A stretch of DNA of 64,000 nucleotides from Chloroflexota bacterium (GCA_026708115.1 JAPOVL010000050.1:156876-220875), one strand, 5' to 3'; shown: positions 1 through 10,879, counted from the first letter of the stretch. Program-made: numbers and translations. Notes: generated by a model from the letters alone, not told the origin.

Positions 1-1969
1 GGTCGCGGTTCTTGCCACTTGGCGGGCGCGATATCGGGTTCGTCAAATTGTCGCGCCTTTGGTCGATCTACTGGCGCTGCCGGCGCGCCCACACCTGACG
101 ACGAGGATGAAGGGGGATGCGGCCGAATCGGCTCTGATGCGGAAGATGCGTCCCCGGATACGCTATTGGGCGGCGCAGGTCTGGCTGCGTAAGACCGCCA
201 GTTGGGCCTCACCTTCGGTTTACTTGCTGTCACCGCGCTGGTATCGTCCGCCGGGACATGGTTCCCAGTTTCCGATGCGCTGCCAGCAAAGAGCCGTCCG
301 AAAATGCGCGATCCTTGCCGATTTGGCGCCCTTGCCGTCCGTAACTCGTGGGCAGCGGCCTCTGCGCTGGATTCGGCGGAGGCTCTCAAGAGACTGACGC
401 GCTTGGAAAGCATATCACGCAATCGAATCGGAATCGGCATGGTATCGCCGGATGGCTCGGGCAGCGCGTTCATCCCAGCTACCGAGCCTGACAATTTAGC
501 CGACTCCGGCTTCGATACACGGACGGTTGCCTCCTGCTGCGCCAGCATCATATGTTCTGCCATTTGCAATTGTTGCGCGCGCCGTCTGGCGGCCCGCTGC
601 GCCATGTTGTCGCGCATGTTGCGCGTGAATCCGATTGTCACGGTGGCCAACTCGGCCATGCTCAAGCGAGTGATCATCATCGTCGCGAAGGTCAAGACCA
701 TGGCCACGATCACGAATCCACCCATCTCGGTCAGATTAATAACAAGGACCTGGTATATCCAGCCGCCGATTAGCCCCCCGCCGCGGCCGCCAAGATAGGA
801 ACGCTCTACCAAGCCGCGCACACAATCCGGCGCGCAATATCCGTCGCCGGCATAGCTCAATGACTCCCCAAACTGGAGCAATACCAACGCGCCCATGAAT
901 GCGGTTAACATGCCGGCCAACCGTACTGGATCAATCATTGGCGCTCGATCACCAAAGTGTCGAACGATCAGCCACATGCCGATGGCAAACATCGCGATTG
1001 GTACCGCTAAAGCTCCCCAGCCCAGCAACTGGCCTATCAGCTTGTGTACCGCGCCGATTGCAGCCTGTTCGCGCGAAAGCGCGCTGAAAAACAGGACGAT
1101 GGCGCCGAAGACCAGCCCTACACCGATCAGATCCAGCTTCCGATCTAAATCGAGCCATTCGCTTGACTTGAAGATTGGCGCCTTGCTGGGACGGATGTGG
1201 CTGCCGGGTCTCGCCTGCTGCTCGTCGGCATCAGAGCGATCAAGACGGCCCTGCGATTTGCCCACAGACTGCATTTCGCGGCGTGTCCTGCGCGTATCGC
1301 CCCGGCTAGCGCCAAACGCGGCGCGAATGGAGGGCTTGCTGGATTTGCCCTCCGGGCGGCTGGCAGCTTGTGCCGGTCGAGCGGCCTCGCCTGGCTTGGC
1401 TCGTTTCAGGCTTTGTCGCAAGTTGCCAACGCGGCCGGAAAGGGACTTCAGTTTGCTTGCCCGCTCGCTTTTGTCACGAGGGCGGGCATCCTTCTTGCTG
1501 TCATCAGTCGCCTTGTTTCGGCGGAAGGGCGATCGCAGACCAATCAATCGGCGTTTGGCTCTTCCTTTCTGATTGTCGCGTTCCGCTTGATTGCTACCGT
1601 TTGATCCATCCCGGGAGCCCTGTGCGCGTCGTCGAGAATTCCGCTTGACGTCGCTCTCACGCGCCTTGGCGGCTTTCGTTTTGTCTCTGCGAGACTTCTT
1701 GGGGGAGCGGTTTAGTTGAGTACGCATGGACTCGCGCGATCCGCTGGAACCCGCCCGCGAAGAATTGTCATCCCGCGCGTCACCGCTCCGGGGGGACGCG
1801 TCGATAGCGTCTTTGCGCGAGCCGCTTGCCCCCAAGACCTTGGAAGAGCCGCGCCTTAGAGCATCCGACGGACGACCTTCCGCGTCCCGATCGCCGCTGC
1901 CCAAGGCCTCCGGGTCGAAATATTCATCGTCGTCGATGTATTCCGGCTCATCGTCACCGGGATAAGCCA
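1..1969 (-). CDS. ftsK: DNA translocase FtsK/SpoIIIE, N-terminal part (partial, runs off the left edge)
   Basis: Absent from the ORF track because it has no stop in the window. Manual minus-strand translation from the ATG at 1967-1969 is open down to base 2 (MAYPGDDEPEYIDDDEYF...). It has a roughly 270-aa basic/Ser-rich disordered region, then hydrophobic helices (DLIGVGLVFGAIVLFFSALS, LGWGALAVPIAMFAIGMWLIV, GGRGGGLIGGWIYQVL, GGFVIVAMVLTFATMMI), then a Pro/Ser/Ala linker. This is the usual FtsK N-terminal layout. The listed + strand ORFs here are Arg/Ala-rich shadows. Confidence 0.55.
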
Positions 1970-2145
1970 TCACTCAACCTTGACTGATTCTGATTTAGCA
2001 GTCGGGAAAATACAGTATTTGCCCCCCAAATACTTGCGTCCCCGTCTCTAGTATAGCACAGAACTTGCTTTCTTGCGACTGAACTTAGAACATATATTCG
2101 CCAGCTCAGCTGGGATTGACGGAATGCCGGGCGCGGAGAATGTCC

Positions 2146-3120
2146 TTAAGCCGTCAGAACGAGCTTGCCCATTGCCCGGCGATTGATGAGGTCATCAAGC
2201 GCATTGGGCGCGTCTTCGAGCGCGTAGCGCCGGTGAATATGCGGCCGCAAGCGATCTTCGCTGTACCAGGCCAGCAATTGCCCGAAAGAGCGCTTGATCA
2301 CGTCGGGATTCTGGGAAAGGTAGGCGCCCCAGAATAGGCCAACCACGGACGCGTTTTTGAGCAAGGCGATATTGGCGGGCAAGGTCGGTATCCGTCCGCT
2401 GGCGAATCCGATCACCAGATAGCGGCCCTCCCAAGCGATGCGGCGAACCGCCTGGTCAAAAATATCACCGCCAACTGGGTCGAAGATGACATCCGCGCCA
2501 CGGTCTTCAGTTAGCGATTTTATGTGCTCGCGCAGGTTCTCGTCACTATAGTTGATCGCGTCGTCGGCGCCGCGGGAGCGGGCCAAAGCCAGCTTCTCCG
2601 CGCTGCTGGCGGCGGCTATCACGCGCGCTTTCATCAACTTGCCGATTTCCACTGCCGCCAGACCGACGCCGCCTGCCGCGCCTAATACCAGCAGGGTTTC
2701 GCCAGCTTGCAGCCGGGCTCGATGTGACAGGGCGACATGCGCCGTTCCAAATGCCAGCGGAAGGCCAGCGGCTGTTTCGTAGGACATAGTTTTGGGTATG
2801 GGCAGCGCGGAACCCTGGGGGACGACGACCTCTTCGGCGAATCCGCCGAACATCATGATGGCCATAACCCGCTGGCCAACGCGATCAGCGTCCACATCCT
2901 GGCCAACTTCGATGATTTCGCCAGCGACCTCCAGGCCCGGGCTGAAGGGGAAGGGCGGCTTCAATTGATATAAACCCTGGATCATCAGCGCGTCGGGGAA
3001 GTTGACGCCGCAGGCGCGCACCCTGATCTTGACTTCGCCCCCATTCACCGGCGGACTTGCAAGGTCCTCGACACTCAGTTGATCGGGCGCGCCGAAGGAT
3101 TTGCAAAGTACAGCCTTCAT
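2146..3120 (-). CDS. NADPH:quinone oxidoreductase / zinc-type alcohol dehydrogenase superfamily (MDR)
   Basis: 324 aa. The N-terminal GroES-like segment (GEVKIRVRACGVNFPDALMIQGLYQ, PGLEVAGEIIEVG) and the Rossmann motif LVLGAAGGVGLAAVEIGK are typical of Qor-like MDR enzymes. Confidence 0.85.
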   Translation of the reverse strand: MKAVLCKSFGAPDQLSVEDLASPPVNGGEVKIRVRACGVNFPDALMIQGLYQLKPPFPFSPGLEVAGEIIEVGQDVDADRVGQRVMAIMMFGGFAEEVVVPQGSALPIPKTMSYETAAGLPLAFGTAHVALSHRARLQAGETLLVLGAAGGVGLAAVEIGKLMKARVIAAASSAEKLALARSRGADDAINYSDENLREHIKSLTEDRGADVIFDPVGGDIFDQAVRRIAWEGRYLVIGFASGRIPTLPANIALLKNASVVGLFWGAYLSQNPDVIKRSFGQLLAWYSEDRLRPHIHRRYALEDAPNALDDLINRRAMGKLVLTA

Positions 3121-3175
3121 GAGTCGTGAATGCCCAGGCCTTTGGATTCGCGCGCTTTTGCTTCTCGGGCCCCAA

Positions 3176-4171
3176 TCAGATCGCTATCGGATTGGCCAGC
3201 AAGCCGGACAGTAGGTCGACGCACGCCCCCACATCTCTAATGTCGACGGTTTCGCTGGTCGTATGCAGATAGCGTGTGGGAATCGAGATACAGCCGCTGG
3301 GTACGCCGGCGTCGGCCAATTGAATGGCCGAGGCGTCTGTTGTCCCCCCAGCAAGCAATTCCAATTGATAGGGGATACCATCCGCTTCGCAGCGGTCGAT
3401 CATCCAATTCTTGATCGCCACCGGCACCACCAGGCCAGGGTCATGGACCTTGATTGCGGCGCCCCCGCCCAGCTTGACCAGCATTTTGCGCCCGCGAATC
3501 TGGTCGCCACTGCCAGTGACATCAATGGCGATGCCGATATCCGGGCGGACGCCTTGTGCCGCGGTCTTCGCGCCGCGCAAACCAACTTCTTCCTGGACTG
3601 TGAATGCGAAGTACGCTTCGTTAGGCGCTTGGCGCGCCAGCCTGCGCATGGTTTCAATTGCTACGACGCAGCCGATGCGATCGTCGAGCGACTTGGCCAC
3701 GATGCGCTGGCCGCGCATTTGCATCTCGCGCATGAAACCGGCCGGCTGTCCTGATGGAATAGCATTGCTGTCGTCGTCGCTTTGCACATCAATATAGAAG
3801 TCGCCGAGCGACTTGCCGCCGCCGTTCTGTACCGCGATTACACCGACCGTGCCGTCTTCAAAGAGGACGCGGTTGCCGTTGAGCGTGTCGGCTCGCAAAC
3901 CTCCCATGGCTGTGAAGCGCAGGTAGCCGCTTTCCGGCTCCTCGTAGTTTGCCATCAGACCGATCTCGTCCATGTGCGCGGCGATCAGGACCTTCTTGCC
4001 GCCGGAACCAACGCGGCAGATCAGATTGCCCAGGCCGTCAACCCAAGTCTCGTCAGCTAACGCGCTCACCTCGTCGCGAATGATGTCTCGGATGCGATGT
4101 TCGTAGCCGGGCGGTCCCCAGGTTTCCACGAGTTTGCGGGTCAGTTCAATCACGATAGACTCCAGATTCAC
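3176..4171 (-). CDS. M42 family metallopeptidase (FrvX / glutamyl aminopeptidase-like)
   Basis: 331 aa. GPPGYEHRIRD, LIAAHMDEIGLM, SLDDRIGC and FTVQEEVGLRGA are hallmark M42 motifs. Confidence 0.85.
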   Translation of the reverse strand: MNLESIVIELTRKLVETWGPPGYEHRIRDIIRDEVSALADETWVDGLGNLICRVGSGGKKVLIAAHMDEIGLMANYEEPESGYLRFTAMGGLRADTLNGNRVLFEDGTVGVIAVQNGGGKSLGDFYIDVQSDDDSNAIPSGQPAGFMREMQMRGQRIVAKSLDDRIGCVVAIETMRRLARQAPNEAYFAFTVQEEVGLRGAKTAAQGVRPDIGIAIDVTGSGDQIRGRKMLVKLGGGAAIKVHDPGLVVPVAIKNWMIDRCEADGIPYQLELLAGGTTDASAIQLADAGVPSGCISIPTRYLHTTSETVDIRDVGACVDLLSGLLANPIAI

Positions 4172-4233
4172 TGTCTGATCTGAGCAGTATTGTAACGCCT
4201 ATCCTCTTGCCTATCGACAGCGGGTTTGTCGGG

Positions 4234-5628
4234 TTAGTGGCCGGCAGCTGCCAGATTGAGCTGCTGCTTCAACTGTGGCTGGCGTGTTTCCAGCCGCATC
4301 GGCAGGCCGTCGCGCGGGAACATGGTGATAAAGGGCTGCGGCACGATCTCCACACCTTCGACCAAACGCAACTGGAAACGCTGGGCGATCGTCGCCAGCA
4401 GCAAGTTCGCTTCCATTGTGGCGAAGCTGTTGCCGATGCAGATGCGCGGACCGCCGCCAAAGGGTATGTAGGCGTATTTTGGTATCTGGCTGATACGTTC
4501 TTCGGCCCATCGTTCTGGAATGAATTCGTTTGGCTGCTCCCAGATATCGGGATGGCGATGCACACAATAAATCAAGATCTGCGCGCCTGACCACTCCGGG
4601 AAGCTGTAACCCAACACTTCCGTCTCCTGCCGGTTCATCCGACCAATTGACCAGACGGGGGGCATCAGCCGCATGGATTCTTTGATGACCATATCGGCAT
4701 AAGGAAGGCGGCGCAAATCCTCCAGCGTTGGCGGTTTCCCCGCTAATTCACTGTCCAACTCCTCATGGAGTCGTTTCTCGACTTGCGGGTATTGCGCCAG
4801 CAGCCACCAGGTCCAGTTGAGCGCGTTCGCTGTCGTTTCGTGGCCAGCAAGGAATAAGGTGACCGCTTCATCCCGCACTTGCAGGTCAGTCATGCGATCG
4901 CCGTCTTCATCTTCTGATAACAGCAACATGGACAGCAGATCGCCCCGGTCTTCACCGGTGGACCGACGCTGATTGATAAATCCATAGACGATCTTGTCCA
5001 GGACGGCATTGGCGCGGCGCGAGCGAATGCGCAGTGGTGTTGGCACCCAGGCCGGTAACAGGTTGGCCGTATTGCTGGCTTTCTGCACGACTTCCACTGC
5101 AGATTTCACCTGGTTGACCGTGGTAGAGGCGTCAGCGTCAAAAAGCGTCCGTCCGACAATCATCAGCGTCAACTGCATCATCTCTTCGTCGACATCGAGT
5201 ACGTCGCCGTCTCGCCATCGCTCCACGCGTTCCAATGTGTAATTCACCATGGTATCGGCATATGCTGCGATCCGCCCCGTGTGAAAGGCAGGCGCAACCA
5301 GCCGCCTCTGGCGCTTCCAGAATTCGCCGTTGCTGGTCACCAGTCCCTTGCCCATGAAGCGCGCCAAACCGGTCTTTTCGTTGGTATAATCGGGTCCTTT
5401 GATGAAGATGTGAGATTGGCGCACCAGAATCTCGCGGATCATATCGGGATTGGCGATCATGTACTGATGGCGATCGCCCGACTTGTAGTGCATGACATCG
5501 CCGTAAGCAGCGACCCATTCACTGACGCGCTTGAGCGGATCCGCCAGGAACTTGCGATAAGTCAAGTACTGTTCAACGGGACTGCTGCCGATATCCGGCG
5601 GGCCCGGCGGGAATCGACCCTGATGCAT
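4234..5628 (-). CDS. cytochrome P450
   Basis: 464 aa. It carries the heme-binding FGGGPRICIGNSFA (FxxGxRxCxG), the EXXR motif (ESMR) and the I-helix AGHETT. Confidence 0.9.
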   Translation of the reverse strand: MHQGRFPPGPPDIGSSPVEQYLTYRKFLADPLKRVSEWVAAYGDVMHYKSGDRHQYMIANPDMIREILVRQSHIFIKGPDYTNEKTGLARFMGKGLVTSNGEFWKRQRRLVAPAFHTGRIAAYADTMVNYTLERVERWRDGDVLDVDEEMMQLTLMIVGRTLFDADASTTVNQVKSAVEVVQKASNTANLLPAWVPTPLRIRSRRANAVLDKIVYGFINQRRSTGEDRGDLLSMLLLSEDEDGDRMTDLQVRDEAVTLFLAGHETTANALNWTWWLLAQYPQVEKRLHEELDSELAGKPPTLEDLRRLPYADMVIKESMRLMPPVWSIGRMNRQETEVLGYSFPEWSGAQILIYCVHRHPDIWEQPNEFIPERWAEERISQIPKYAYIPFGGGPRICIGNSFATMEANLLLATIAQRFQLRLVEGVEIVPQPFITMFPRDGLPMRLETRQPQLKQQLNLAAAGH

Positions 5629-5824
5629 TGGCGCTTGCCCTCGAATTCAGAATCCGATGATGATTGTTATGGAAAGTTCTAAACAATCCATTAAAGAGAT
5701 TCTAGCGGATAAAGCGCCTGGTTGATAAGCACAAGTTGATGAGAATCGGATCAAGTTTGCACTTGTTTGATAGATTTGTGACAATATACGCCGCAGACTA
5801 AGGCAAACGAGAAGAGGTTGCTTC

Positions 5825-7471
5825 ATGTACACCATTGGGCTCGATTTCGGGACATTATCCGGGCGCGCGGTTCTGGTCGATACCCGCGATGGCGGCGAGA
5901 TTGCCGAGTCAGTGTTCGATTATCCGCACGCCGTCATGGACGAAACGCTGCCTTCAGGCAAGCGATTGCCGCCGGATTGGGCGCTGCAGCATCCGCAAGA
6001 CTATATTGATGTTTTTGCTAACACAATTCCGGCAGTTTTGCGGGCAAGCGGCGTCGATCCTGCCGATGTCAAGGGGATTGGCATTGACTTCACAGCGAGC
6101 TCCCCCATGCCGACCAAGGCCGATGGCACGCCGCTCTGTTTCCTGGCCGAGCTGAAGGACGAGCCTCATGCTTATATAAAGTTGTGGAAGCATCATGCCG
6201 CCCAACGCCAAGCCGACCAGATCAATGAAACCGCCAGGCAAATGGGCGAAAGCTGGTTGCCGCGCTACGGCGGCAAAATCTCCTCCGAGTGGTTCTTCAG
6301 CAAGTTGCTGCAGATCGCCCAAGAACGGCCCGACATTTATGCCCAGATTGACAAATTCGTGGAAGCGGCGGATTGGGTGATCTGGCAATTGACCGGTGTG
6401 GAAACGCGCAACACCTGTACAGCCGGGTATAAGGCACTGGTGCAAGATGGCGATTTCCCCACCAAAGCCTATTTCAGAGCGCTTGATCCGGCCTTTGAAA
6501 ACGTAGTGGACGAGAAAATCGGCCGAGAATTCGCCGAACTGGGTGAAAGGGCCGGCGGCTTAACTGTCGAGATGGCGCAGATGATGGGATTGCCGGCTGG
6601 GATCGCAGTTGCGGTAGCCAACGTAGACGCCCACGTGACTGCGCCGGCGGTTAAAGCCACAGACCCGGGCGTCATGGTGATGGTAATGGGTACCTCCACC
6701 TGCCATATTTTGTCTGGCGTCGACTTGAAAGTGGTAGACGGCATGTGTGGCGTGGTCAAAGGGGGCGTCATTCCCGGATTGTACGGCTACGAGGCTGGTC
6801 AGAGCGCCGTTGGCGACATCTTCGCTTGGTTCGTCGACAATGCCGTGCCACCTGAATACCATGAGGCAGCCGCAGGCGCGGGCATTGGCATACACGAGTA
6901 CCTGGAACTGGAATCCGCGAAGCAAAAAGTTGGCGAACACGGGCTGATCGCGCTGGATTGGTGGAACGGCAATCGCAGCACCCTGGTCGATGTCGATCTG
7001 AACGGCATGATCCTGGGCATGACGCTGGCGACGCGAGCGCCTGAGATTTATCGGGCCCTTATTGAAGCGACGGCATTTGGCACGCGCGAAATTATCGAAG
7101 CCTTTGAAGCGAAGGGCGTCGAAGTCAAAGAATTGATTGCAGCGGGTGGATTGCCAGAGAAAAACGCGCTGCTACGGCAGATCTACGCCGATGTCACGGG
7201 CAGAACCTTCAAGCTCTCCGGTTCGGCGCAAGCGCCCGCGCTGGGATCTGCCATGCACGCTGCTGTGGCGGCGGACATTTACCCAGATATACAGACAGCC
7301 GCCGCGCAAATGGGCAAGCTCAAAGAAGAGGTCGTGACGCCAATCCCGGAAAATCAGTTAGTCTATGACAAACTCTACTCCGAATATCGGCTGCTCTACG
7401 ATTACTTCGGACGCGGTACCAACGACGTAATGAAACGTCTTAAAGCGATCAGACACGACGCTTTGTCGTGA
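5825..7471 (+). CDS. araB: ribulokinase (FGGY carbohydrate kinase)
   Basis: 548 aa, collinear with AraB as I remember it: IGLDFGT, GIGIDFTASSP, SSEWFFSKLLQI, GTSTCHIL, EAGQSAVGDIFAWF, LDWWNGNRS, ATAFGTREI. GAGG lies 8 nt before the ATG. No araA or araD is adjacent. Confidence 0.85.
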   Translation: MYTIGLDFGTLSGRAVLVDTRDGGEIAESVFDYPHAVMDETLPSGKRLPPDWALQHPQDYIDVFANTIPAVLRASGVDPADVKGIGIDFTASSPMPTKADGTPLCFLAELKDEPHAYIKLWKHHAAQRQADQINETARQMGESWLPRYGGKISSEWFFSKLLQIAQERPDIYAQIDKFVEAADWVIWQLTGVETRNTCTAGYKALVQDGDFPTKAYFRALDPAFENVVDEKIGREFAELGERAGGLTVEMAQMMGLPAGIAVAVANVDAHVTAPAVKATDPGVMVMVMGTSTCHILSGVDLKVVDGMCGVVKGGVIPGLYGYEAGQSAVGDIFAWFVDNAVPPEYHEAAAGAGIGIHEYLELESAKQKVGEHGLIALDWWNGNRSTLVDVDLNGMILGMTLATRAPEIYRALIEATAFGTREIIEAFEAKGVEVKELIAAGGLPEKNALLRQIYADVTGRTFKLSGSAQAPALGSAMHAAVAADIYPDIQTAAAQMGKLKEEVVTPIPENQLVYDKLYSEYRLLYDYFGRGTNDVMKRLKAIRHDALS

Positions 7472-7891
7472 CGCATTTTGCGCCTTCGATCTGCATGGGC
7501 GAATCTACTGTCAAAAGCGTACAAAGCTATTTTGCTTGACGTGGGCGGCGCGCAATCGTTTTCCCCGACTCGGATCGCCGAAACGGAAAATCCAGCCAGT
7601 ATTAGTCAAAACGCGACGCATAAACGATAGCCCGCCCCGGTTTTATGGTCATTTCTGACAAGCAGCTCCAAATTGGTGGCTGAATAGCTTGTAAATAATG
7701 CGCGATTCGTGATAATATTACAGTTGATGACACAGATTTGTTCCGGAATCATTCGCTGCATTGTGAAAAACTGCTAAAAGTATTGCTCAGAATTGAGATA
7801 GATTTGCGGTGACTCTTAGAGTTAGGTCTACGATAGACTGTTTAACGTAAAATCGCTTGAGGTTGCAGTTCAACTGCGTGGAGGAATGCGC

Positions 7892-9316
7892 ATGAATAAG
7901 CGCAAGATGCTTTACCGGCTTTTGTCCATTTTGATAGGTTTGGCGGTCTTGTATAGCTTCGGCTTTCGCGCCATCGCGCAAGACGACCCTCCCGCAGAGG
8001 ACGCCGCCGCCGAAGAAATGATGGAAATGACGGTCGACGATGCCATGGCCGCGGCTGCGACAGTCCAATCCAATCTGGACATCACCTGGATTCTGCTGGC
8101 GGGTTTCCTCGTTTTCTTCATGCAGGCCGGCTTCGCCATGCTGGAAGGCGGCATGATCCAAGAAACGGGGGTGGTCAATTCGCTCGCCGAGAATTTCATG
8201 GATGCCTGTATCACGGGCATTGTCTTCTTCATCGTTGGCTACGGCATCGCCTACGGCACCTATGATGCCGGGATGGAAGGGGGCGGTCTGACGCCGGCCA
8301 ACATCCCGCTGCTGCTAGGCGGCGCTGACGGGTCGGGCGACGGCGACGGCGCTCTTTTGGCGGGTTTCTTCTTCCAGTTCGCCTTCGCTGGCGCGGCCGC
8401 GACCATTGCCACGGGGGCCATGGCGGAGCGCACAAACTTTGTCGGAAAGCTGATTTACAGCGCGATTCTGGGCGCGATCATTTATCCGGTTGTCGTCTTC
8501 TGGACCTGGGGCAACGGCTGGATTCTCGCGCAAGGCTTCATTGATTTCGCAGGCTCGACCATCGTACATATGACCGGCGGTATCGTCGCTCTGGTCGGCG
8601 CGTATATGGTGGGCCCCCGCGCAGGTCGTGTCTTTGGCCGTCCCCCGGCAGCCTCTAACTTAGGCATCGCCGCTTTGGGAACATTCATACTTTGGTTCGG
8701 CTGGTATGGCTTCAATGTCGGCTCGACACTGGGCGCAGGCGACCCAAATACTATGGGTTTGGTCGCGGTGAATACCACCCTTGCGGCGGCGGCGGGCGCG
8801 CTTGGCGCTATGTTTTATACCTATTTCCTGACGCAGAATTGGAATGTCAGCTTCATCTTGAACGGCTCGTTGGCAGGCTTGGTGGGCATCACAGCGGGAT
8901 GCGCATCGGTCACGCCGCTCGGCGCACTAGTTATTGGCGCTTTGTCTGGCATCGTCGTGGTCATTTCGGTCAGCGTGGTTGAATCCCTGAAGATTGACGA
9001 CGCAGTAGGCGCGTTCTCGGTGCATGGCGCTTGTGGCGCGTTTGGCACAATCATGATTGGCATTGTCGGCTCGTCCGCGCTCGGGGCGCCCAGCCTCATT
9101 GACGGTGGCACCTTGGATACGCTCGGCACGCAGGTCGTGGGCGTCGCTGTGGTGGCGATTTGGACGACAATCACCAGCTTCTTGATGTTCGGCGCTTTGA
9201 AAGCCGCCGATATCTTGCATGTTGATCCGGAAGCCGACAGAATTGGCATTGATGCCTACGAGCACCATGCCTCGGTTTGGCCCAATGTTCTGCCGCTGCG
9301 CGAGGAAGATGAGTAA
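7892..9316 (+). CDS. amt: ammonium transporter (Amt family)
   Basis: It has a signal peptide and then FMQAGFAMLEGG, AERTNF, STIVHMTGG, LWFGWYGFN and VHGACGAFG. The track starts the ORF at 7886, but GGAGGA at 7879-7884 is better spaced for the second ATG at 7892. No glnB follows. Confidence 0.9.
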   Translation: MNKRKMLYRLLSILIGLAVLYSFGFRAIAQDDPPAEDAAAEEMMEMTVDDAMAAAATVQSNLDITWILLAGFLVFFMQAGFAMLEGGMIQETGVVNSLAENFMDACITGIVFFIVGYGIAYGTYDAGMEGGGLTPANIPLLLGGADGSGDGDGALLAGFFFQFAFAGAAATIATGAMAERTNFVGKLIYSAILGAIIYPVVVFWTWGNGWILAQGFIDFAGSTIVHMTGGIVALVGAYMVGPRAGRVFGRPPAASNLGIAALGTFILWFGWYGFNVGSTLGAGDPNTMGLVAVNTTLAAAAGALGAMFYTYFLTQNWNVSFILNGSLAGLVGITAGCASVTPLGALVIGALSGIVVVISVSVVESLKIDDAVGAFSVHGACGAFGTIMIGIVGSSALGAPSLIDGGTLDTLGTQVVGVAVVAIWTTITSFLMFGALKAADILHVDPEADRIGIDAYEHHASVWPNVLPLREEDE

Positions 9317-9351
9317 GACCCCTGCTTGGCGACAAAGGAATTAGATAAAGT

Positions 9352-9378
9352 AAAGCGGCTCGGAAAGAGCCGCTTTTT
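9352..9378. terminator. bidirectional intrinsic terminator between convergent amt and dtd
   Basis: AAAGCGGCTC-GGAAA-GAGCCGCTTT forms a perfect 10-bp stem, with a T-run on the + strand and an A-run on its 5' side (a T-run on the - strand). Confidence 0.8.
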
Positions 9379-9401
9379 GATTGTCCTTTGAGCGCGACCA
9401 C

Positions 9402-9851
9402 CTAAAGAAGGTCGCTATCGAGCATGATGGTCACTGGACCGTCATTGTGGATTTCGACTTGCATCAGCGCGCCGAAGATCCCGCCTTCAACTCGCTTCAC
9501 GCCAGCGGCCCCCAAGCAATGGGCGAAACGCGACACCAGCGGTTCCGCCTGCTCTGGCTGGGCGGCATTAATATAGCTGGGACGACGGCCCTTGCGAGCG
9601 TCGGCATACAGAGTGAATTGCGAAACAACCAAAGCCCCTCCCTTGACGTCGAGCAGCGACAGATTCATCTTGCCGTCGTCGTCCGAGAATACGCGCAAGT
9701 TGGCGGTCTTCTTGGCCAAGCGCTCCGCCTCCACCTGCGTATCGTCATGAGCGACCCCGACCAGCGCCACGAATCCTTGTTCAATCGCCCCGCAGACTTC
9801 GCCGTCCACGGTTACCGATCCGGCGCTCACACGTTGCAGCAGAACTCTCAT
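9402..9851 (-). CDS. dtd: D-aminoacyl-tRNA deacylase
   Basis: 149 aa. MRVLLQRV...[29 protein letters not shown] and FGA.MQVE..NDGPVT are canonical Dtd motifs. Confidence 0.9.
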   Translation of the reverse strand: MRVLLQRVSAGSVTVDGEVCGAIEQGFVALVGVAHDDTQVEAERLAKKTANLRVFSDDDGKMNLSLLDVKGGALVVSQFTLYADARKGRRPSYINAAQPEQAEPLVSRFAHCLGAAGVKRVEGGIFGALMQVEIHNDGPVTIMLDSDLL

Positions 9852-9864
9852 GATATGTTCTCCG

Positions 9865-10152
9865 CTAGCCCTGTTGGTTGAGAATCTGCATCACGCGCAG
9901 CAAGAAGTAACGGCAACAGGTATCTACGTGGTACTGAATGTCCATTTCTTCTACTTCCTTGTCGTAGACGCCAGTGATCAGGAAACTTGGCGCTTGCTCG
10001 TGTTCGGCGCAAAGGACATCGCGAAACTTGCGGCGCAAACCCGCTCCGATCGAGCGTCGCGTGCTTTCAAACATTTGCTCAAGTTCCGTCTCGTCGAGGA
10101 ATGCCTCCGGTAATGCTTCGCCTTCGCTTCGCAAGTCAAATTGGATCTTCAT
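9865..10152 (-). CDS. hypothetical protein (95 aa), immediately upstream of dtd
   Basis: The ORF ends 13 nt before the dtd start on the same strand. It is acidic and helical, and I recognise no family. Confidence 0.45.
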   Translation of the reverse strand: MKIQFDLRSEGEALPEAFLDETELEQMFESTRRSIGAGLRRKFRDVLCAEHEQAPSFLITGVYDKEVEEMDIQYHVDTCCRYFLLRVMQILNQQG

Positions 10153-10215
10153 CCAGTTTCCTCAAGTTGACAACTTCCTTTTGCCGATCCGCAGTTAACG
10201 TTTGCCCGCCGCGGC

Positions 10216-10605
10216 TCAATCCAACATAGGCTTCACGCGCTGTACGAGCTGAATCGTATAACCCCAGGGATCGCGCACGAAGGCCAGCTTGTCGCCGCCC
10301 GGCGTGGTATCGACATCGCCGTCCAGTGTGCCGCCGGCAGCCACCAGGCGTTGTCGCGTGGCTTCCATGTCGTCGACCGCGAAGGCCAAGTGAAATGTGA
10401 CCGGATGATAATCCCCATAGGCGACGAACTCGCCCAGGGGATTGCTGTAAACTTCGATCAGGCTCTTGCCTGCCGAATCCGCCAAAAAGTGAATGAAAGG
10501 CGCTTCGTCGAAAGAACGAACGATCTCCATTTCCAGATGTTCGGCATACCAAGCCGCAAATGCTCTAACATCTTTCACATTGAACGCCGCATGCTCTAAT
10601 CTCAT
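10216..10605 (-). CDS. VOC / glyoxalase-bleomycin resistance family protein
   Basis: 129 aa. MRLEHAAFNVKD....WY...L, a paired beta-alpha-beta-beta-beta pattern, HLAFAVDD and FVRDPWGY..Q are present. Confidence 0.8.
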   Translation of the reverse strand: MRLEHAAFNVKDVRAFAAWYAEHLEMEIVRSFDEAPFIHFLADSAGKSLIEVYSNPLGEFVAYGDYHPVTFHLAFAVDDMEATRQRLVAAGGTLDGDVDTTPGGDKLAFVRDPWGYTIQLVQRVKPMLD

Positions 10606-10614
10606 GACTTCCCT

Positions 10615-10791
10615 TTACTCCAGTTCAAAATACTCGCTGTCGGTTGATTCCGAGGCATCATCATCTAATTCGGGCAATCCCTGGCTGCGCACCCAACTGA
10701 TGGCCATCATAACTACAAAGATGATAGCGATGCTAACAAATATGATCTCATCAAAAGGGCCAAGCGCGCCATGCGCAAGAATGACGACCAT
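10615..10791 (-). CDS. possible small membrane protein (58 aa, below the ORF-track cutoff)
   Basis: Manual translation gives MVVILAHGALGPFDEIIFVSIAIIFVVMMAISWVRSQGLPELDDDASESTDSEYFELE. It has one clear TM helix and an acidic tail, and it ends 9 nt upstream of the VOC gene start on the same strand. Confidence 0.3.
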   Translation of the reverse strand: MVVILAHGALGPFDEIIFVSIAIIFVVMMAISWVRSQGLPELDDDASESTDSEYFELE

Positions 10792-10879
10792 GAGAGCCTT
10801 TCGCGTTGATCATGTCACAGGAAGTTGATTATAGAGCAAGGTGAGACAAATCTGAACCGAGTTCTGAACGATCACGGGA

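Noticed and set aside
59-1965. A series of + strand ORFs (112-225 aa) rich in Arg, Ala, Ser and Pro at the left end of the window.
   Set aside because: Their composition is typical of antisense or shadow frames in GC-rich DNA. The minus strand carries one continuous ORF with a convincing FtsK-like membrane anchor.
7472-7891. An NtcA/GlnR-type site or a glutamine riboswitch in the 414-nt AT-rich region upstream of amt.
   Set aside because: The closest GTA-N8-TAC-like string (GTGATAATATTAC) has the wrong spacing. No glnA-RNA-like core was seen. Only a weak TTGTAA-18-TAATAT promoter candidate remains, which is too uncertain to annotate.
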